NCBI GenBank assembly: GCA_049521435.1
Contig: JBEKOU010000006.1
Coordinates: 10,943 to 74,942, forward strand
DNA length: 64,000 nt
Source of the DNA: Candidatus Dormibacteria bacterium
GTDB lineage: Bacteria > Chloroflexota > Dormibacteria > Aeolococcales > Aeolococcaceae
Reading direction: 5' to 3'
This document shows positions 62,632 to 64,000 of the stretch, piece after piece (the stretch's first letter is position 1; the number at the start of each line of letters is the position of its first letter). A model generated the notes under the pieces. That model saw only the letters and a list, made by a program, of their open reading frames with translations. It did no database searches and was not told the origin of the DNA. The translations under genes were made by a program, and so were the position numbers.

Positions 62632-64000
62632 ATGGCGAACAAGCGCTCGACAGCGAGCTCGCGAGGCCGGGACCTCTTCCGCACCGAGGTCAGCTCCCTC
62701 CTCGCCGACCTCGGCGAGCTGGCCGGGGAGACGGGGCCGCATCCGGTTCCCAGCCCCACTCCCCCGAGCGCGGCTGAGCCGGCGGGGGAGGCTCGCGAGC
62801 CGGTCGCGCAGGTCCCCGACGCCGATGCCGCGGAGGCGCCCGCAGGACCACCGGATGCAGAGGCTGAGGGAACCTCGCCGGCTGCATCCACCGCGCCGGA
62901 GCGGTCCCCCTCGCCGCCACCGGTGACAGAGGCCCCGCGAGAGGGGGACGGCGTCGCCGAGGTCGAGGAGCTGATCTCCTTGTCGCCGAGCTACCTCCCT
63001 CCGCTCCCCCCCGTGCTCTCGCCACTGACCGCCGCCCCGGAACCGGCGATGCCGTCCCGCCAGGGGTTCTCCGTTCCCGAGCTGGCTCCGCCGCCGGGGC
63101 CCTGGGCCGCCGCACCGGAACCGGAGGCGCCGCCCGACGTCCAGCCGGAGCCGGCGGCGCCTCCCCCTTCATGGCCCTCCCCGCCTGAGCCGCCGGCGAC
63201 GCCGGGAGGCTGGGGCTCCCCGCCTGAGCCGCCATCGGCTCCCGGAGAATGGGTTCCGCCCCCTGATCCGAACGCAACGCCCGGAGGCTGGGTCTCCCCG
63301 CCTGAGCCCCCAGCGGCACCCGCAGAGCGGGCCGCCCCGCGCGAGCCGGCGGTGACCCCCGGCCTCTGGCCCTTCATGTCTGATCTGGCGACGGCAGCCG
63401 GGGGCTGGGACACCTGGCCTGAGCTGCCCGCCGCGCCCGAGCCCCCGGACGCCTCCGAGCAATGGGTCTCTCCACCCGGGTATGAACCCCCTGCCACGGG
63501 GCAGGGGTGGCCCCCGGCGCCGGGGGACCCGAACGCGGAGCCGGCGCCCGCAAGCGGGTGGGGCGAGCCGCCTGGCCCGCCCCCAGCTTTGGAATGGCCG
63601 TCGATGATTGCCGGGGCCCCCGAGGAGTCGGCGCTAGGGCCGGTCGTGCCACCCGTCCCCCCGCATCACGCGGCGCCCCTGCCGCCGATGTGGCCGGCGC
63701 CTCCGGAGCCGCCACACGTGGGGTGGGACGACGATCTCCTCGGGGTGGCAGCTCCGCCCGCGCCGCCACTGCCTTCCGACCCCGAGACCCCCAGCCGCGA
63801 CGCGACCGAGATCACCGACACCAAACTGCCCAGCGGCGACATCACGGCCTCGGAGCTCGCGGCCGGGGATCGGAGCGCGCCGTCGTGGAACAGGGCTCCC
63901 TCCTCGCCACCCTCGCGATTCCCGACCCTGGCGGAGCTGCCCGGTTGGAGGCTGGATGGACCTGCCCGCCGGCCCATCTCCACGCCGGGGCTCACGGGCG
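62632..64000 (+). CDS. Proline-rich repeat protein, partial (open to window end)
   Basis: Absent from the track (no stop in the window). My translation reads MANKRSTASSRGRDLFRTEVSSLLADLGELAGE... then Pro-rich with recurring W-x-S-P-P-E-P-P units. TAAGTT box 8 nt upstream of the ATG. Confidence 0.6.
   Translation, partial: MANKRSTASSRGRDLFRTEVSSLLADLGELAGETGPHPVPSPTPPSAAEPAGEAREPVAQVPDADAAEAPAGPPDAEAEGTSPAASTAPERSPSPPPVTEAPREGDGVAEVEELISLSPSYLPPLPPVLSPLTAAPEPAMPSRQGFSVPELAPPPGPWAAAPEPEAPPDVQPEPAAPPPSWPSPPEPPATPGGWGSPPEPPSAPGEWVPPPDPNATPGGWVSPPEPPAAPAERAAPREPAVTPGLWPFMSDLATAAGGWDTWPELPAAPEPPDASEQWVSPPGYEPPATGQGWPPAPGDPNAEPAPASGWGEPPGPPPALEWPSMIAGAPEESALGPVVPPVPPHHAAPLPPMWPAPPEPPHVGWDDDLLGVAAPPAPPLPSDPETPSRDATEITDTKLPSGDITASELAAGDRSAPSWNRAPSSPPSRFPTLAELPGWRLDGPARRPISTPGLTG

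Noticed and set aside
63169-63320. Repeated ctccccgcctgagcc units, considered as a CRISPR-like or satellite array
   Set aside because: The units are in frame within the Pro-rich ORF and encode (W)xSPPEPP. Their spacing is irregular (43 and 74 nt) and there are no unique spacers. These are coding repeats, not an array. The minus-strand ORFs 62690..63319, 62991..63497 and 63374..63769 are artefacts of the same composition.

Overview
Very GC-rich (by eye roughly two-thirds to 70% G+C, not computed), densely coding bacterial chromosomal segment. It looks Actinobacteria-like or a related Terrabacteria lineage; this is inference from an MshB/PIG-L-like deacetylase, a HadAB-like MaoC pair, a stand-alone AceE and many leaderless-looking genes. 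I call about 65 protein genes and one tRNA(CAU). I saw no rRNA, CRISPR array, transposase, integrase or recognisable defence or toxin-antitoxin module. Most of the content is housekeeping: rpe, glgP-type alpha-glucan phosphorylase, aceE, metK, rnhB, dCMP deaminase, Mrp/ApbC, H+-pyrophosphatase, cold-shock protein, etfAB, cyclophilin and hpt. There is also an acyl-CoA dehydrogenase/MaoC/SDR lipid operon, a GDP-mannose gene set, a YtrA-type GntR plus ABC exporter, a hybrid histidine kinase plus OmpR regulator, and two GGDEF proteins. Because of the GC content the ORF track is full of long antisense or out-of-frame ORFs. I chose frames by recognisable motifs, signal peptides, Shine-Dalgarno or -10 context and 4-nt start/stop overlaps. 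Several track ORFs were trimmed to internal starts, and two edge-open ORFs missing from the track were added (1..331 minus; 62632..64000 plus). I found no clear novel system. The items most worth follow-up are: (1) an orphan protein fusing a ~380-aa unknown N-terminal region to a PNP/UDP-type nucleosidase domain, divergent from a PfkB kinase; (2) a split PMI/GMP mannose cluster with an embedded ATP-grasp enzyme; (3) a recurrent TAnnnT box exactly 6-8 nt upstream of about 16 start codons (leaderless transcription); (4) clusters of small zinc-ribbon, Cys-rich and Pro-rich orphan proteins; (5) a thpR-patB-DUF429-methyltransferase operon. All functional names rest on motif recognition by eye, not on database searches.
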